NCBI RefSeq assembly: GCF_963921235.1 | Contig: NC_086109.1 | Location: forward strand, 1,798,001-1,862,000 | Reading direction: 5' to 3' | Source of the DNA: Mobula hypostoma | Taxonomy: Eukaryota | Length of the DNA stretch: 64,000 nt | Shown: piece by piece, positions 49,536-62,679 of the stretch | How positions within the stretch are numbered: the first letter of the stretch is position 1 | Layout of the letters: each line of letters opens with the position of its first letter | Notes under the pieces: generated by a model | The model's database searches: none | Seen by the model: only the letters and a program-made list of their open reading frames with translations | What the model was told of the DNA's origin: nothing | Translations under genes and position numbers: made by a program

Positions 49536-49705
49536 AGCCGGTGGTGGTGTTTTTGAACAGTCGACCTGGTGGAGAACACAGCTCATAGACACCCTCTCCA
49601 TCGGAACAGTGTGTGCTAGATCCTGGAGAACAGTGCCCACCCATGGCACAGACGGAGAGCGTCGGAGCATCCCACTGGAATCACTGTCCCTGTTCCACAA
49701 TCCCG
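49536..49705 (+). other. Candidate cytoplasmic exon; the phase-1 reading gives EPVVVFLNSRPGGEHSS* (TAG at 49586-49588)
   Basis: Strong acceptor CTCTGCTCTCTGTCCCACAG and donor CCG|GTGAGG in unique, non-repeat sequence after the TM exon. Confidence 0.45.
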
Positions 49706-50067
49706 GTGAGGGGGGAGTTTCTTTAAACACCTGGGGGTTCTGCAGTGACCTGGATCTGGTCAGTCTTCCAGACTGAGCTTTATTACTGAACCCGTGCTGT
49801 GCTCTGTGTTACTGTGTTACTCCACTGATCTTCCTGCAGCCTTTCCTGGGATATCCTCCCAGTTCTCGTGCCCCATCTAACCGTTAACATCCTGGAGGAT
49901 AGTTCCTGAAATTGAAATCAACCAAAGAGCCCCTGGGAAATCCAGTGAGACCCCCACCCAGCAGTTCAGACTTGGTGAAGAGTCCTGGGGCCCCTCGCCC
50001 CACACCCCAGGGCTGGGGAAGGGTCTCGTATTGCAAGTAGTTTATTGATGATATTTTGTTATCACAG

Positions 50068-50203
50068 CCAAAGTGAACCAGTTCAGGTTTCACCAGAGAA
50101 ACCACAGTCTGAGAGCCTGTCGATGGGTGTTTCAGGCAGTGGGCACATTACTCAGCTGTGCAGTGTCACACATCGCGTGTCTCAGGCAGCGTCTGTGAAG
50201 TGA
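50068..50203 (+). other. Candidate terminal exon, similar to the ITSM exon at 2826 but lacking the tyrosine (QSEPVQVSPEKPQSESLSM...SVK*)
   Basis: Acceptor TTTTGTTATCACAG. CCAGAGAAACCACAGTCTGAG matches CCCGAGACTCCCCAGACTGAG at 16/21 nt. ATTAAA at 50349. Confidence 0.4.
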
Positions 50204-52779
50204 GACAAAGAGTTAATGTTTCAGGTTCCACACCCTTTGACTGAATCTCTCTCCACACACGCTGTCTCACCTGCCCAGGGCTTCCATCGTTTCCAACTGT
50301 TGCTTCAGATTTTCAGTCTCTGCTCGAAATATGTCAATGTACAATAACATTAAAGAACCGTTCTAAACAAAATTCTGCTGTTGGATGTTCATGAAGCTGT
50401 AAGGGGTTACAGAGTGTGGGAGGGGAAGAGTGTCACAAAGATAGGGAGGGGCCCAGGGGCCAGAATGTGTTACAATGATCAGGAGGATGGATCAACCCTG
50501 ATAAGTGTTGGAGCTGCCTTCACCCAGGCAAGTGGAGAGTGTTGCATCACACTGCAGACTTCTGGATGGGGGAGAGGTGTTGGAGTGTGAAGAGGTGAGT
50601 CACTCCCCACATGATCCATTACCCTAACGTAGTCCGTAAAAAGCTGCACCCAAATGCACATCTTGCAGATATAATCACTGGGGACACTGGAGCTCATCCT
50701 CAGTTGCTTGGAGGAGAAAAGGCCAAGTTCACTCAACCTATCCTCATAAGGCACACTCTCCAATCCAGTCAACATCCTTGTAAGTCTCCTCTGCACTCTC
50801 TGTACAGTATCCACATTTTTGCTGTAGTGAGGTGACACAGTCCTCGGACTGGGGTCTAAGTTGGGTCACGGGGTAGATCAATGGGAGTAGGCAGTATAAA
50901 TGTTTTTGGCATGGACAACTTGGGCCAAAGGGCCTGTTTCTGTGCTGCACTTTTCTATTCCTGTATGAATAATCATTGTGCCTGTTCCCTTCAATAAAAA
51001 GCGTACTGTTCTGGATACTATTAGATGATGTTGCAGAGGAAAGCCACAGCAGTCTGGTGTCTGGCAGTGTCTGGTCCTGTGGCTCAGGAGGGAAAAAGGT
51101 GAGCAGTAGCGATAGAGGATTCACTGGTTAAGGGGACAGAAGAGATTCTGTGGATGAAAACATGACTAATGGATGTGACGTTGCCTTCCAGGTGCCGGAG
51201 TCAGAGACATCTCTGAGTCCGTTGCATTCCTAATGGGAAAGGTGAGCAGCCAGAGGTCAGGGTCCACATCAGCACCAGTCACAGAGGCAGAAAGGGTGAT
51301 GAACTCTTGTAAAGTGCATTCAGGGAGTGAAGTGCTACGTTAAAGGGCACTTGCCACGTGCTCGTGAGGCCAGAACTAGGAAGACAATGCACTGAAACAT
51401 ATGGCTAAGGAGATGATGCAGGGGGAGGGATTCAGATTAGATTAGATTAGATTATGAGGACACTCAGTCCTCGTATATTGTCATTTAGAAATGCATGCAT
51501 CAAAAAATGATACGTTCCTCCAGAATGATATCACAAGAAAGCACAGGACAAACCAAGACTAAAACTTATAAAACCACATAATTATAACATATGGTTACAA
51601 CAGTGCAAAGCAATACCATAATTTGATAAAGAGCAGACCATGGGCACGGTAAAAAAAAGGTCTCAAAGTCCCTGTAGCCTCATCATCCCATGCAGGCGGC
51701 AGAAGGGAGAAACTCTCCCTGCCATGAAACTCCAAATGCCGCAAACTTCCCAATGCTGCACCATTGGAAGCACCCGACCGCAGTGGACTCTGAGTCCGTC
51801 CGAAAACTTTGAGCCTCCGACCAGCCCCTCCAACACAGCCTCTCCGAGCACCATCCTCTGCCGAGCACTTCGACCCCACCCCGGCCGCCGAGCAAGAAGC
51901 AAAGCCGAGGACTCGCGGCCTTCCCCTCCGGAGATTCTGGACCACACAGTAGCAGCAGCAGTGAAGCAGGCATTTCAGAAGTTTCACTAGATGTTCCTCC
52001 ATACTCTCACATCTGTCTCCATCAAATCAGGATTATGCACAGCACACAACTTGACAAATCACAGACATCACCACCGGAGCGGCCGCTGCGAGCTGCGTCA
52101 CGTCGCCATCTTCTCCTCCCTTTGGATCATTGGATTCTCTTCCAAAGTTTAAAGTAAATTTGTTATCAAAGTACATAGCTGTCACCATATACAAACCTGA
52201 GATTCATTTTCTTGCGGGCACTCACAGTAAATCCAAGAAACATGATCGAATCAATGAAAGGCTGCACGCAACAGAAAGGTCAAATGCCAATGTGCAAAGG
52301 ACATCAAATTACATAAATATAAAATGAAAAATAAATAAATAAATAATAAATATCGAGAACATGAGATGAAGAGTCTTAAAAGTGAGTCCACAGATTGTCG
52401 GAATGGCTCAGTGACAGGTAAACGAAGTTGAGTGCAGTTTCCCCCCTCTGGTTCAGCAGCATGATGGTTGAGGGATAATAACTGTTTCTGAACCTGGTGG
52501 TGTGGGTCCTGAAGTTCCTGTACCACCTTCTGATGGCCTCACTAAGAATAGAGCATGGTGGATGGTGGGGGTCCTTGATGATGGATGCTGCTTTATTGCA
52601 ACAACACTGTGTAGATGTGTCCAGTGATGGGGAGGGCTGAAGTCAATAATCTTGGGACTTGCTGACACTGACTGAAAGGTTCTTGTGTCACCACTCATCC
52701 AGATTTTCAATCTCCTTCCTGTATAAGTGTATCGAGCTGCAGTTCTTTAGAGACTGTGTTAAAGAAATTGAACTGTAGC

Positions 52780-55700
52780 CTTATGACCTTTAGCTCATAT
52801 GGGAGAAGGAGGAGGTGATGGACAGGAGCTGCAGGGTAGTAGTCACCCTTAAGCTGCAGCAGGAAGTTCCCTGGGTGACTGTCAGGAGAGGAAAAGGAAC
52901 TATGATAGAATTCACCCTACAGTTTGAGAAGGAGAAGCTACAATTGTATTTATCAGTATTACAGTGGAATAAAAGGAATTATAAACATGAAAGAGGAGCT
53001 GTCCAATGTTGACTGGAAGGGGACACTCACGGGGATGATAGCGGAACAGCAATGGCTTGAGTTTCTGACTGTACAGTATAGATACATCCCAAAGGTGAAG
53101 AAATCATTCTGAGAGAATGAGGCAACAGTGGTTAACAAAATAAGTCAAAGACAGCATAAAAGCAAAAGAGAGGGCAAATACTTGAGCAAAAATTAATGAG
53201 AAATTAGTGGATTTGGAAGCTTTTATAAACCAACAGAGGCAGCTGAACAAAAAGCTCGAAAAAGAGTAAAGATGAAATACAAAGATAAACTAACCAATAA
53301 TATAAATGAAGATACCAAAAGCTTTTTTCAGACATATAAGGAGTAAAAGAGAGATGAGAGAGGATATCAATCTGCTGGAACATGATGCTGGAGAGGTTCT
53401 AATAGGTAAGAAATGTCAGAGGAACTTAATAAGTATTCTGTGCCAGTGTTCACTGTGGTGAATGCCAGAAAAGTGGGAGTGTCAGGGGCAGAAGTGAGTG
53501 TAGTTGCTATTACTCAGGAGAAGCTGTTTGGGAAGCTGAGAAGTCTGAAGGTAGATAGGTCATTGGAACTACAACGCAGGGTTCTGAAAGAGGTTGCCGA
53601 AGAGATTGTGGAGGCATTAGTATTTATCTTTAAAGAGTCACTAGATTCTGGAATGATTCTTAAGGACTGGAAAATTGTAAATGTCTCTCCTCTATTTAAG
53701 AAGGGAAGGAGGCAGAAGAAATGGAATAATATGCCAGTTACCCTGACTTCAGGGGTTGGAAAGACATTGGGATCTATTATTAAGGATGAGGTTTTGGGTT
53801 ATTTGGAGAAATATAACCATAGAACATAGAACATAGAACATAGAATAGTACAGCACAGTACAGGCCCTTCAGCCCACAATGATGTGCTGACCCTCAAACC
53901 CTGCCTCCCATATAAGCCCCCACCTTAGATTCCTCCATATACCTGTCTAGTAGTCTCTTAAACTTCACGAGTGTATCTGCCTCCACCACTGACTCAGGCA
54001 GTGCATTCCACGCACCAACCACTCTCTGAGTAAAAAACCTTCCTCTAATATCCCCCTTCAACTTCCCACCCCTTACCTTAAAGCCATGTCCTCTTGTATT
54101 GAGCAGTGGTGCCCTGGGGAAGAGGCGCTGGCTATCCACTCTATCTATTCCTCTTATTATCTTGTACACCTCTATCATGTCTCATCTCATCCTCCTTCTC
54201 TCCAAAGAGTAAAGTCCTAGCTCCCTTAATCTCTGATCATAATGCATACCTTCTAAACCAGGCAGCATCCTGGTAAATCTCCTCTATACCCTTTCCAATG
54301 CTTCCACATCCTTCCTATAGTGAGGTGACCAGAACTGGACACAGTACTCCAAGTGTGGCCTAACCAGAGTTTTATAGAGCTGCATCATTACATCGCGACT
54401 CTTAAACTCTATCCCTCGACTTATGAAAACTAACACCCCATAAGCTTTCTTAACTACCCTATCCACCTGTGAGGCAACTTTCAGGGATCTGTGGACATGT
54501 ACCCTGAGATCCCTCTGCTCCTCCACACTATTAAGTATCCTGCCATTTACTTTGTACTCTGCCTTGGGGTTTGTCCTTCCAAAGTGTACCACCTCACACT
54601 TCTCCAGGTTGAACTCCATCTGCCACTTCTCAGCTCACTTCTGCATCCTATCAATGTCTCTCTGCAATCTTTGACAATCCTCTACACTATCTACAACACC
54701 ACCAATCTTTGTGTCTTCTGCAAACTTGCCAACCCACCCTTCTACCCCCACATCCAGGTTGTTAATAAAAATCACGAAAAGTAGAGGTCCCAGAATAGAT
54801 CCTTGTGGGACACCACTAGTCACAATCCTCCAATCTGAATGTACTCCCTCCACCACTACCCTCTGCCTTCTGCAGGCAAGCCAATTCTGAATCCACCTGG
54901 CCAAACTTCCCCAGATCCCATGCCTTCTAACTTTCTGAATAAGCCTACCATGTGGAACCTTGTCAAATGCAGGTCATTTGACTATATAGGCCAAAGTCAG
55001 CATGCCTTCCTTCAAGGGAAAACTTGTCTGACAAATCTGTTGGAATTATTTGAGGAAATAACAGAAGAGACTTGGTATTACAGAACAGATACTAAGAGGG
55101 ATAGAAGATTGGCTGACTAACAGGAAGAAATGAACAGGAATAAAAAGGGCCTTTTCTGGTTGACTGTCAGTGTCTAGTGGTGTACCACTGGGGTCGGTGT
55201 GGGATCATTTCTTTCTTATGTTATATGTAAATGACTTGGATGGAAGTATGGATGGCTTTGTGGTCAAGTTTGTAGATGTTGCAAGATAGGTGGATGTGCA
55301 GGTAGTGTTGAGGAAGTAGGATGTCTGGAGAAGGATTTGGACAGATTGGGTAAAGAAGTGGAAGATGGAATATAGTGTAGGGAGGTGCATGGTCATGCAT
55401 TTTGGCAGAAAGAATAAAGATGTGGACTATTTTGTAAATGGGGAGAAAATTGAAAAATCAGAGGTGCAAGGTTTCTTGGGAGTCCTCCTTTAGGATTCCC
55501 TAAAGGTTCACTTGCAGGTTGAATGAGTGGCGGGAAAGGCAACTGTGATGTTAACGTTCATTTCACCAGGACTAGAATACAAAAACAAGGATGTAATGCT
55601 GAAGTTTTATAAGGCATTGGTCAGACGGCACATGGAGAATTGTGAGCAGTTTTGGGCCGCTCTGCTAAGAAAGAATGTGCTAGCATTGGAAACAGTCCAT

Positions 55701-55980
55701 AGGAAATTCGTGAGAATGATCTGAGGAATGAAAGGGTTAATATATGATGAGTGTGGGCTTGTATTGGCTGCAGTTCAGAAGAATGAGGTGGGATCTCATT
55801 GGATCGTATTGAATATTGAAAGCTGTGCATAGAGTGGACGTGGAGAGCGGACTGGGGGTCTACTTGCTGGAGTTTAGAAGAATGCAGGGGAATCTCATTG
55901 AAATTAATCAAATATTGAAAGGTGTGGATAGAGTGGATGTGGAGAGGATGATTCCTGTCAGGGTTGTGAGCATAGAACAC
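52780..55980 (+). mobile_element. Degenerate CR1 (ORF1 piece and ORF2) interrupted by an antisense CR1
   Basis: + strand ORF fragments at 53413-53829 and 55527-55724. The RT sequence resumes at ~54975 after the insert. Confidence 0.8.
53817..54975 (-). mobile_element. 5'-truncated CR1 nested in another CR1
   Basis: ORFs 53894-54178, 54284-54619 and 54635-54904 (-). (TTCTATG)n tail at ~53817-53845. Confidence 0.9.
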
Positions 55981-56138
55981 CACAATCTCACATTTACCTC
56001 CAATAAAGAATACAGCCCTCAGCTACTCAATTTTGTTCTCCAGCAACTAGAGATTTGCTAACAAGATGCCGGGTCAAGGGAGTCTCATTCCCAAAGAAGA
56101 GAAAATCTGCAGATACTAGAAATGGAAGTAACACACAC

Positions 56139-56310
56139 ACACAATGCTGGAGGAACTCATCAGGCCAGGTAGCATCTGTGGAAAAGAGTTGTCGACGTTT
56201 TGGGCTGAGACCCTTCACACAATCCTGCTGAAGGGTTTCAGCCTGAAATATTGACTGTACTCTTTTCCATAGATGCAGCCTGGCCTGCCGAGTTCTTCCA
56301 GCATTTTGTG
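56139..56310. repeat. Head-to-head inverted pair of Penelope terminal (hammerhead-like) segments
   Basis: The left arm ...GCTGGAGGAACTCATCAGGCCAGGTAGCATCTGTGGAAAAGAG..GTCGACGTTTTGGGCTGAGACCCTTCA is the reverse complement of the right arm TGAAGGGTTTCAGCCTGAAATATTGAC...CCAGCATTTTGTG. Spacer about 11 nt. Confidence 0.85.
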
Positions 56311-56499
56311 GGGTCTCATTCCTTTGTGTTTCAGCCTGGCTTGGAGTGCCACCCATCTGCCTAGCTTCCAGCCACTGAAATTAACCTTCACCCACTTAAT
56401 GCTTCCATACCTGTCAGCTTGAGAGTTAAGTCTTCAAGTCCTTTAGAAGGTTGTGAAATCTATAGTTCATTAAATCGATTTAAAAGTACATTGTTAAAG

Positions 56500-57600
56500 G
56501 GAAATTACATTCTGCAGGTTGTAGTAAGAGTAATTCAAAAGAGGTACATTTAGAAGCATTTCACTGTGGTAAGAAAATGGAATTTTATTGTCTGGAACAA
56601 AATGGAACCTGTATTGTACCAGAGTGTTTTGCTGATAGTGTTTGGTTCAACATTGTGCCAGTGGACCTTGAGTATAAGGAAACCTGCAGAAAGGCAGCAG
56701 ATATGGAACCAAGGGGTGTATAGCGATCTTGGATGGAAAGAGAATTATGGGGCAAGGTAGGAGAACTGCCTGGCCCAGAGATGGTTTGGAAAAAGCTATT
56801 CAGAAAAGGATGTTATCTTATGCAAAAGATAGTTATTGTGTAAAATGCGAGCTATTACCTGTCCTCCTGAGGGACATAATGTGTGTGTATCAAACTGTGG
56901 ACTGTACTATTTCAGTAGTATTCAATCACTTTTGTACAAGTGACAGTTTTTCACTACCCACTTATCAAGGAGCTTGGAACATTTTTATGAGAGTGCCTTG
57001 AAGGCCTTTGGAGACTTATCCAGATTCTGTTTAGATCCACTGTTCGGTAAGTGCGACTATTCCCTTCACTGAAGAGCTTACTATGACTCTGCTGGATATC
57101 TTTCCCTGAGACTGAATAGGGGTTTGATGGATTATATAATTCAAACATGATATGCCCGTAGTTTATTACAAGCAGCAAATGTTTGAAATGTGTTTTACAA
57201 AATCTAGAAAAACTAGTGAAGGTGGGAGGACCTCATACACCACCCTCTGATGGATTGTTGGTGCATTTACAGATGGATACTGTAGAATTACCTTCATGTG
57301 AAGGATGTACATTTGTATTGGTCATTATTGGTGGTTTTTCATGGTGGATTGAAGCATTTCCCTGTCGAAAGAATGATACAGTCATAGAAGTTTATTGAAG
57401 TGAATCATCCTGAGATTCGGAATACCCGGAAAACCGTCTCGCGACAACGGTACCCCCGTTATGGGAAGGTAATGGGAGAAGTATGTAAGGCCCCAGAGAT
57501 TGATCAACATTTCCATTGTCGCTCCCATCCTCAGTCGGCAGCTTAGTAGAAAGGGTGAATGGAATGGATAAAACAAACTGCGCGATTGAAAGTTACTGAG
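56500..57600 (+). mobile_element. pol: Degenerate endogenous retrovirus integrase region
   Basis: HLQMDTVELPSCEGCTFVLVIIGGFSWWIEAFPCRK followed by ILRFGIP...RDNG and ...HPQS..LVERVNG-like fragments. Confidence 0.75.
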
Positions 57601-58729
57601 GTGAGTGAAGTATTTTTTTTATCGAAAGGTACGCCAAGCATGTGTAAAACTATAAAACCGGCATGTCAGAGACAGTGAAAAATCTGAAGTGCAAATCTCT
57701 GCATTAACCGAACGAGCGAAAGAGTACTGTGGTTCAATCGATATGCATTGTCTGAAGTTTCAAAGCGAAAAACAAAACGTGAAAGCGCTGCCGTCTAGTG
57801 ACGCTTCGGGGGGATGATGGTAGTGACGCGTCTGCTGGCGGTCCGGTCTGAACAGCCCCGTGCAAGGAGTTGCAGCTCACACCACATAGTCTCCACCATC
57901 CGAACTCAGGTGAATTACAGAACTCCGAAAACATCTCTGCAACTGTAAGGTCTAAGGGAGCAGTAAATTTAATGTATGAAACGGACTAATCTCGGTCCTC
58001 CCCATCCGCTGAAAAGGGTATGTGGCTACTGGGGCTTACCCTGGTTACCGGCTGTGTTCTCGAGTATGATGGGATGTGGAGAGACCAGACGTCCTGAAAA
58101 GGCGGCTGTGATCTTGCCTGCACTGTGCCCCCCATGCGACACATGGCATCACCACCTCACCATTGCCTGGTCCGGCGGCACTGGAGATCCACGATAGACG
58201 CCGAGAAATTCTGGGTAATCGCCTTTCTGCAATATGGGATTGCGAGATGATCCCGGGTACTAATAAATGGGACAGCAGTTTGGAGAAAAAGCGAATAAAA
58301 CCGGATAAAATGCGTCATAAAGAGAGCTTTTGCGACATTAGCCTTCATAAATCAGAGTACTGAGTACAGGAGTTGGCGAGTTATGTTGAAGTGATAAAAG
58401 ACAATGATGAAGACAAATTTGTAGTATTGTGTGCACTTCCGATCACTTACCTACATGAATGATTTTTCTATTTATTTATTAATTGAGATAGAGCACGGTA
58501 TGAGCCCTACCAGCCTTTCGAGCCATGCTGCCCAGCAACCCCCGATTTAACCCAAGCCAGGTCACGGGACAATTAATCTACTGACTAATGCGTCTTTGGA
58601 CTGTGGGAGGAAACCGGAACACCCGTCGGAAACCCACGCGGTCATGGGTAGAACGTACAGTGTCAGGAACCGAACCCGGGTCGCTAGCACTGTGAAGTGT
58701 TGTGCTAACCCCCAACTTCCGCAAGCTTG

Positions 58730-59165
58730 AAGGAATGCAGGGAAATTTTTCGCCAATCTCACTGGGACTTGGGGATCTGAGTTATAAAGAAAGGTTGGAT
58801 CGGGTAGGACTTTACACCCTCAAGTGCAGGAGAATGAGGGGATATCTTATAGAGGTATGCAAAATTGCGACAGGTAGAGATAGGGTAAATACATGCAGGT
58901 TTCTACCCTGAGGTTGGGTGAGTAGAAGGAGAGGTCACAGGTTATAGGTGCAAAATTAAATATTTGATGGGAGGTTCTTCACTCAGAAGGGTGTGAGTGT
59001 GGACCAAGCTGACAACAGAGATGATGGAGAGGGGCTTAAGAAGTTTGGATAGATGAAAGAGGTATGGAGGGCTAAGGCGAACATGTCGGTAGAAGGGACC
59101 AGGCAGAAAAACAGACTGGTATCTATTAGATGGGTCGAAGGGCCTATTTTTGTGCTGTATTCTCT
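58730..59165 (+). mobile_element. CR1 3' end fragment
   Basis: LSYKERLDRVGLYTLKCRRMRGYLIEV and the GAAGGGCCT..TGTGCTGTA tail. Confidence 0.8.
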
Positions 59166-59854
59166 ACGACACTGCAATGGCAGAACCCAACACCCTGCCC
59201 CCAAATGTCACCCGTCTTCAAACACCACCGCATCCCCAACCGACCACATCTAACACCCTGCCCCAAATGTCACCCCACCCCCAACAGACCACGTCCAGTA
59301 CCCTGGTCCACATGACAACTGGCTCAAACACCATCCCACCCTCAACAGTCCACATCCAAAACCCTGTCTTTAAACATTATCGCACCCCCCCCAACAGACC
59401 AGCCACATTGAGAAACACCTCTCAGACAATAACTCACCTCGAAAGAACACATCACTAACACCCAACAGACATCAAACAACACACCCTAATCAACACTAAA
59501 CCCTAATGGTTACACAAAACAACAACCCATCCGAAACAAACGTCATGGCAAACAACAGCCCAACACTAATGAACATTCCACTCCAATCAACACCCAGGCT
59601 AAAAAACTCCCTACATGCATACCACTTCATCTCAGTTGACATCTGATCCCAGGTAGACAATCTCTGAAGAATATTGAATGGGGTCACCTGTCTTGTAAAG
59701 ACACTGCCCTGAAGGCAATGGCAAACTACTTCTGTAGAAAAAGTCGCCAAGAACAATTATGGTTATGGAAAGACCATGATCAGTCAGATCATTTAACATG
59801 GCACATAACGAATGAATGAGCCCAATAATCCATCCTCAAAAACACATCACTGCC

Positions 59855-61740
59855 AACCAACCTCATAGTTCCAGCACCCTGCACCTCCCGCTTCTACCTC
59901 CTTCCCAAGATCCACAAACCCACTGGTCCAGGTAGACCCATTGTTTCAGCTTGATCCTGCTCCACTGAACTCATGTCCGCATACCCCAACTCTGTCTTAT
60001 CGCCCCTAGTTCAATACCTTCCTACCTACATCTGTAACACTTCCCACACTCTGAATCTTTTCCATGATCTCAGGTTCCCTGGCCACCATCATCTTATTTT
60101 TACAATGGATGTCCAGTCCCTATACACCTCCATCCCCCACCAGGAAAGCCTCAAAGCTCTCCTTTTTTTCTGAACCCAGTTCCGCTCCACCACCACTCTT
60201 CTCCACCTAACGGAACTTGTCCTCACTCCATATTATTTCTCCTTTGGCTCCTCTCACTTCCTTCAAACAAGAGGTGTAACCATGGGCACTCGCATGAGTC
60301 CCAGCAAATCCCGTTTGTTTGTCGGCTACGTGGAACAGTCAATGTTGCAAGCCTACACTGGTGACCGTCCTGCTCTTTGCCTGCGCAATTTTGACGACTG
60401 CATTGGTGCAGCTTCCTGCACCCATGCTGAACTAGTCGACTTCATCCACTTTTCCTCCAACATCCACCCTGCCCTCAAATTCACCTGCTCCATTTCCGAC
60501 ACCTCCCTCCCCTTTCTGGATCTCTCTGTTTCTATCTCTGGAGACAGCTCATCTGCTGTTATCTATTACAAACCCCCAGGCTCTCACAGCTATCTGGACT
60601 ATTCCTCTTCCCACCCTGTTACTTGTAAATACGCCATCCCCTTCTCTCAATACCTCCGTCTCCACCGCATTTGCTCTCAAGATGACGTTTTTCTTTCCAG
60701 AATGAAGATGTCCTCCTTCTTCAAAGAAAGGAGCTTCCCTTCCTCCATCATCAAAGTTGCTCTCAACTGTATCTCTTCTATTTCACGCATGTCTGCTCTC
60801 ACACCATCCTCCCACCACCCTACCATGGATAGGTTCCCTCTTCTCCTCACCTACCACCCCACCACCCTCTGCATCCAGCATATTATTCTCCGTAACTTCC
60901 GCCACCTTCAATGGGATGCCACCACCAAGCACATCCCCCCCAACCACTATCTGCTTTCTACGTGACTCCTCTATCCATTCGTCCCTTCTCACTGTTCTCC
61001 CCCTGACACTTATCCTTGCAAGCGGAACAAATGCTACACCTGCCCATATACCTCCTCCCTCACGAACATTCAGGGCCCCAAACAGTTCCTCCAGGTGAGG
61101 CGACACTTCAGCTCTGCATGTGTTGGGGTCAGATACCATGTCCGGTGCTCCCAGTCTGGTCTCCTGTATATTGGTGTGACCCAACGTAGATTGGTAGGCC
61201 ATTTCACCAAGCACCTACGCTCTTCCGCCAGAAAAAGCGCGATCTCCCAGTGGCCATCCATTTTAATTCCACTTCCCATTCCCATTCTGATAAGTCCATT
61301 CATGGCCTCCTCCACTGTCGTGATGAGGCCACACTTATGCTGGAGGAATGTCACCTTACATTCTGTCTGAGTAGCCTCCAACCTGATGGCATGAACGTCA
61401 ATTTCTCAAACTTCCGGTAACCCCCTCCCCTTCACCATTCCCCATCCTCATTACCCTCTCTCATCTTATCTCCTTGCCCATCCATCTCCTCCCTCTGGTA
61501 TTCCTCCCATCTTTCCTTTCTTCCATGGCCTTCTGTTCTCCCCTGTCACACTCGCCCATCTCCAGCCCTGTATCTCTTTCACCGATCATCTTCCCAGCTC
61601 TTTACTTCATCCCTCCCCCTTCCAGTTTCACCTATCACTTTATCTTTCTCTCCCTCGCCCCCCGCACCTTGTAAATCTATTTCGCAGCTTTTTACTCCAG
61701 TCCTGCTGAAGGATCTCTTACGAAACGTTGACTGTACTCT
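59855..61740 (+). mobile_element. Penelope-like element: degenerate RT plus GIY-YIG endonuclease and a terminal hammerhead-like motif (61698-61734)
   Basis: KIHKP..PGRPIVS, TMDVQSLYTSIPH, MGTRMSP...(N)FDDC and VRYHVRCSQSGLLYIGVTQRRL. Ends CAGTC-CTGCTGA...GAAACGTT-GACTG. Confidence 0.9.
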
Positions 61741-62679
61741 GTTGCCTTTAAGGCATTTATTTGACTTTGTTGGGTCTACGTTTTAAATGATTTGTTTGTA
61801 ACTATTTTCTAGGTAAAGTTAAAGGTTGATGACTATGTTACAGTTTAACAAAGGTAAATTCATTGTCTATGGTATATCGCGGCATGCGATGACGTCACCT
61901 CCGGTTTCTCCGCGTCTTGTGCGTAACTTCCGGTTCGGAGAAGGTGTGAAGGCGGGAGCCATGCGTGCAGCGTGATCGTGAAGAGCTCCGTGTCTACCCA
62001 CAAAGAAACATTATAGAAGCAACGCCGTAAATTCATATGAATGTATTTGAAGTAAAAATATTAACGCGGTTTCTGTTAAGGAAGCGGTGGTTGGGGCGGC
62101 GCGCGTGTCGGCTCGGGCCCGGCGGCGGTTTGACGCGACCCCCTCGCCCCCTACTCGGGGCGGCCGGAGACTCTCGCTAAAAGAAGAGAGCGCGGGTGGT
62201 CTCCAGAATGAAACAGACGCTGTACTGAATATATTTATATTTTTCTATCAACAGTTTTCACCATACGACGTTAATGTGGAAGAGTGCACAGTAAATGGTT
62301 AACCTTACTACGACTCTGTCTTCATTGGCTCCGGTTTAACTTGGTGTTTAGTTAGAGTTTCAACATACTGCACCAGAATACTACATACTCTTTTCCATAG
62401 ATGCAGCCTGGCCTGCTGAGTTCCTCCAGCATTTTGTGTATCACTGCTGACAGTAGCCAGACTTCTAGCATCTGAATCCCAGAAGCTGTCACGGTTGGAA
62501 ACATCTCGTAATAAAACCCCCTCCCTGGCTGCTCGGAGAGGCGGTGATTGGAGTCGCGGATGAAAGTCGGATACAAGATGTCTCTTTCAGGCAACCAGCA
62601 CCTATTCTCGGCTCCGAATCCCTCCCATTGCCGAACTCCCCAAACAGTGCGTGAGTCAAAACATCGTCTCACCATGAGG

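Noticed and set aside
48572-49579. 335-aa proline/leucine-rich ORF on the minus strand
   Set aside because: It is a translation of the G/A minisatellite complement, with no splice or compositional support.
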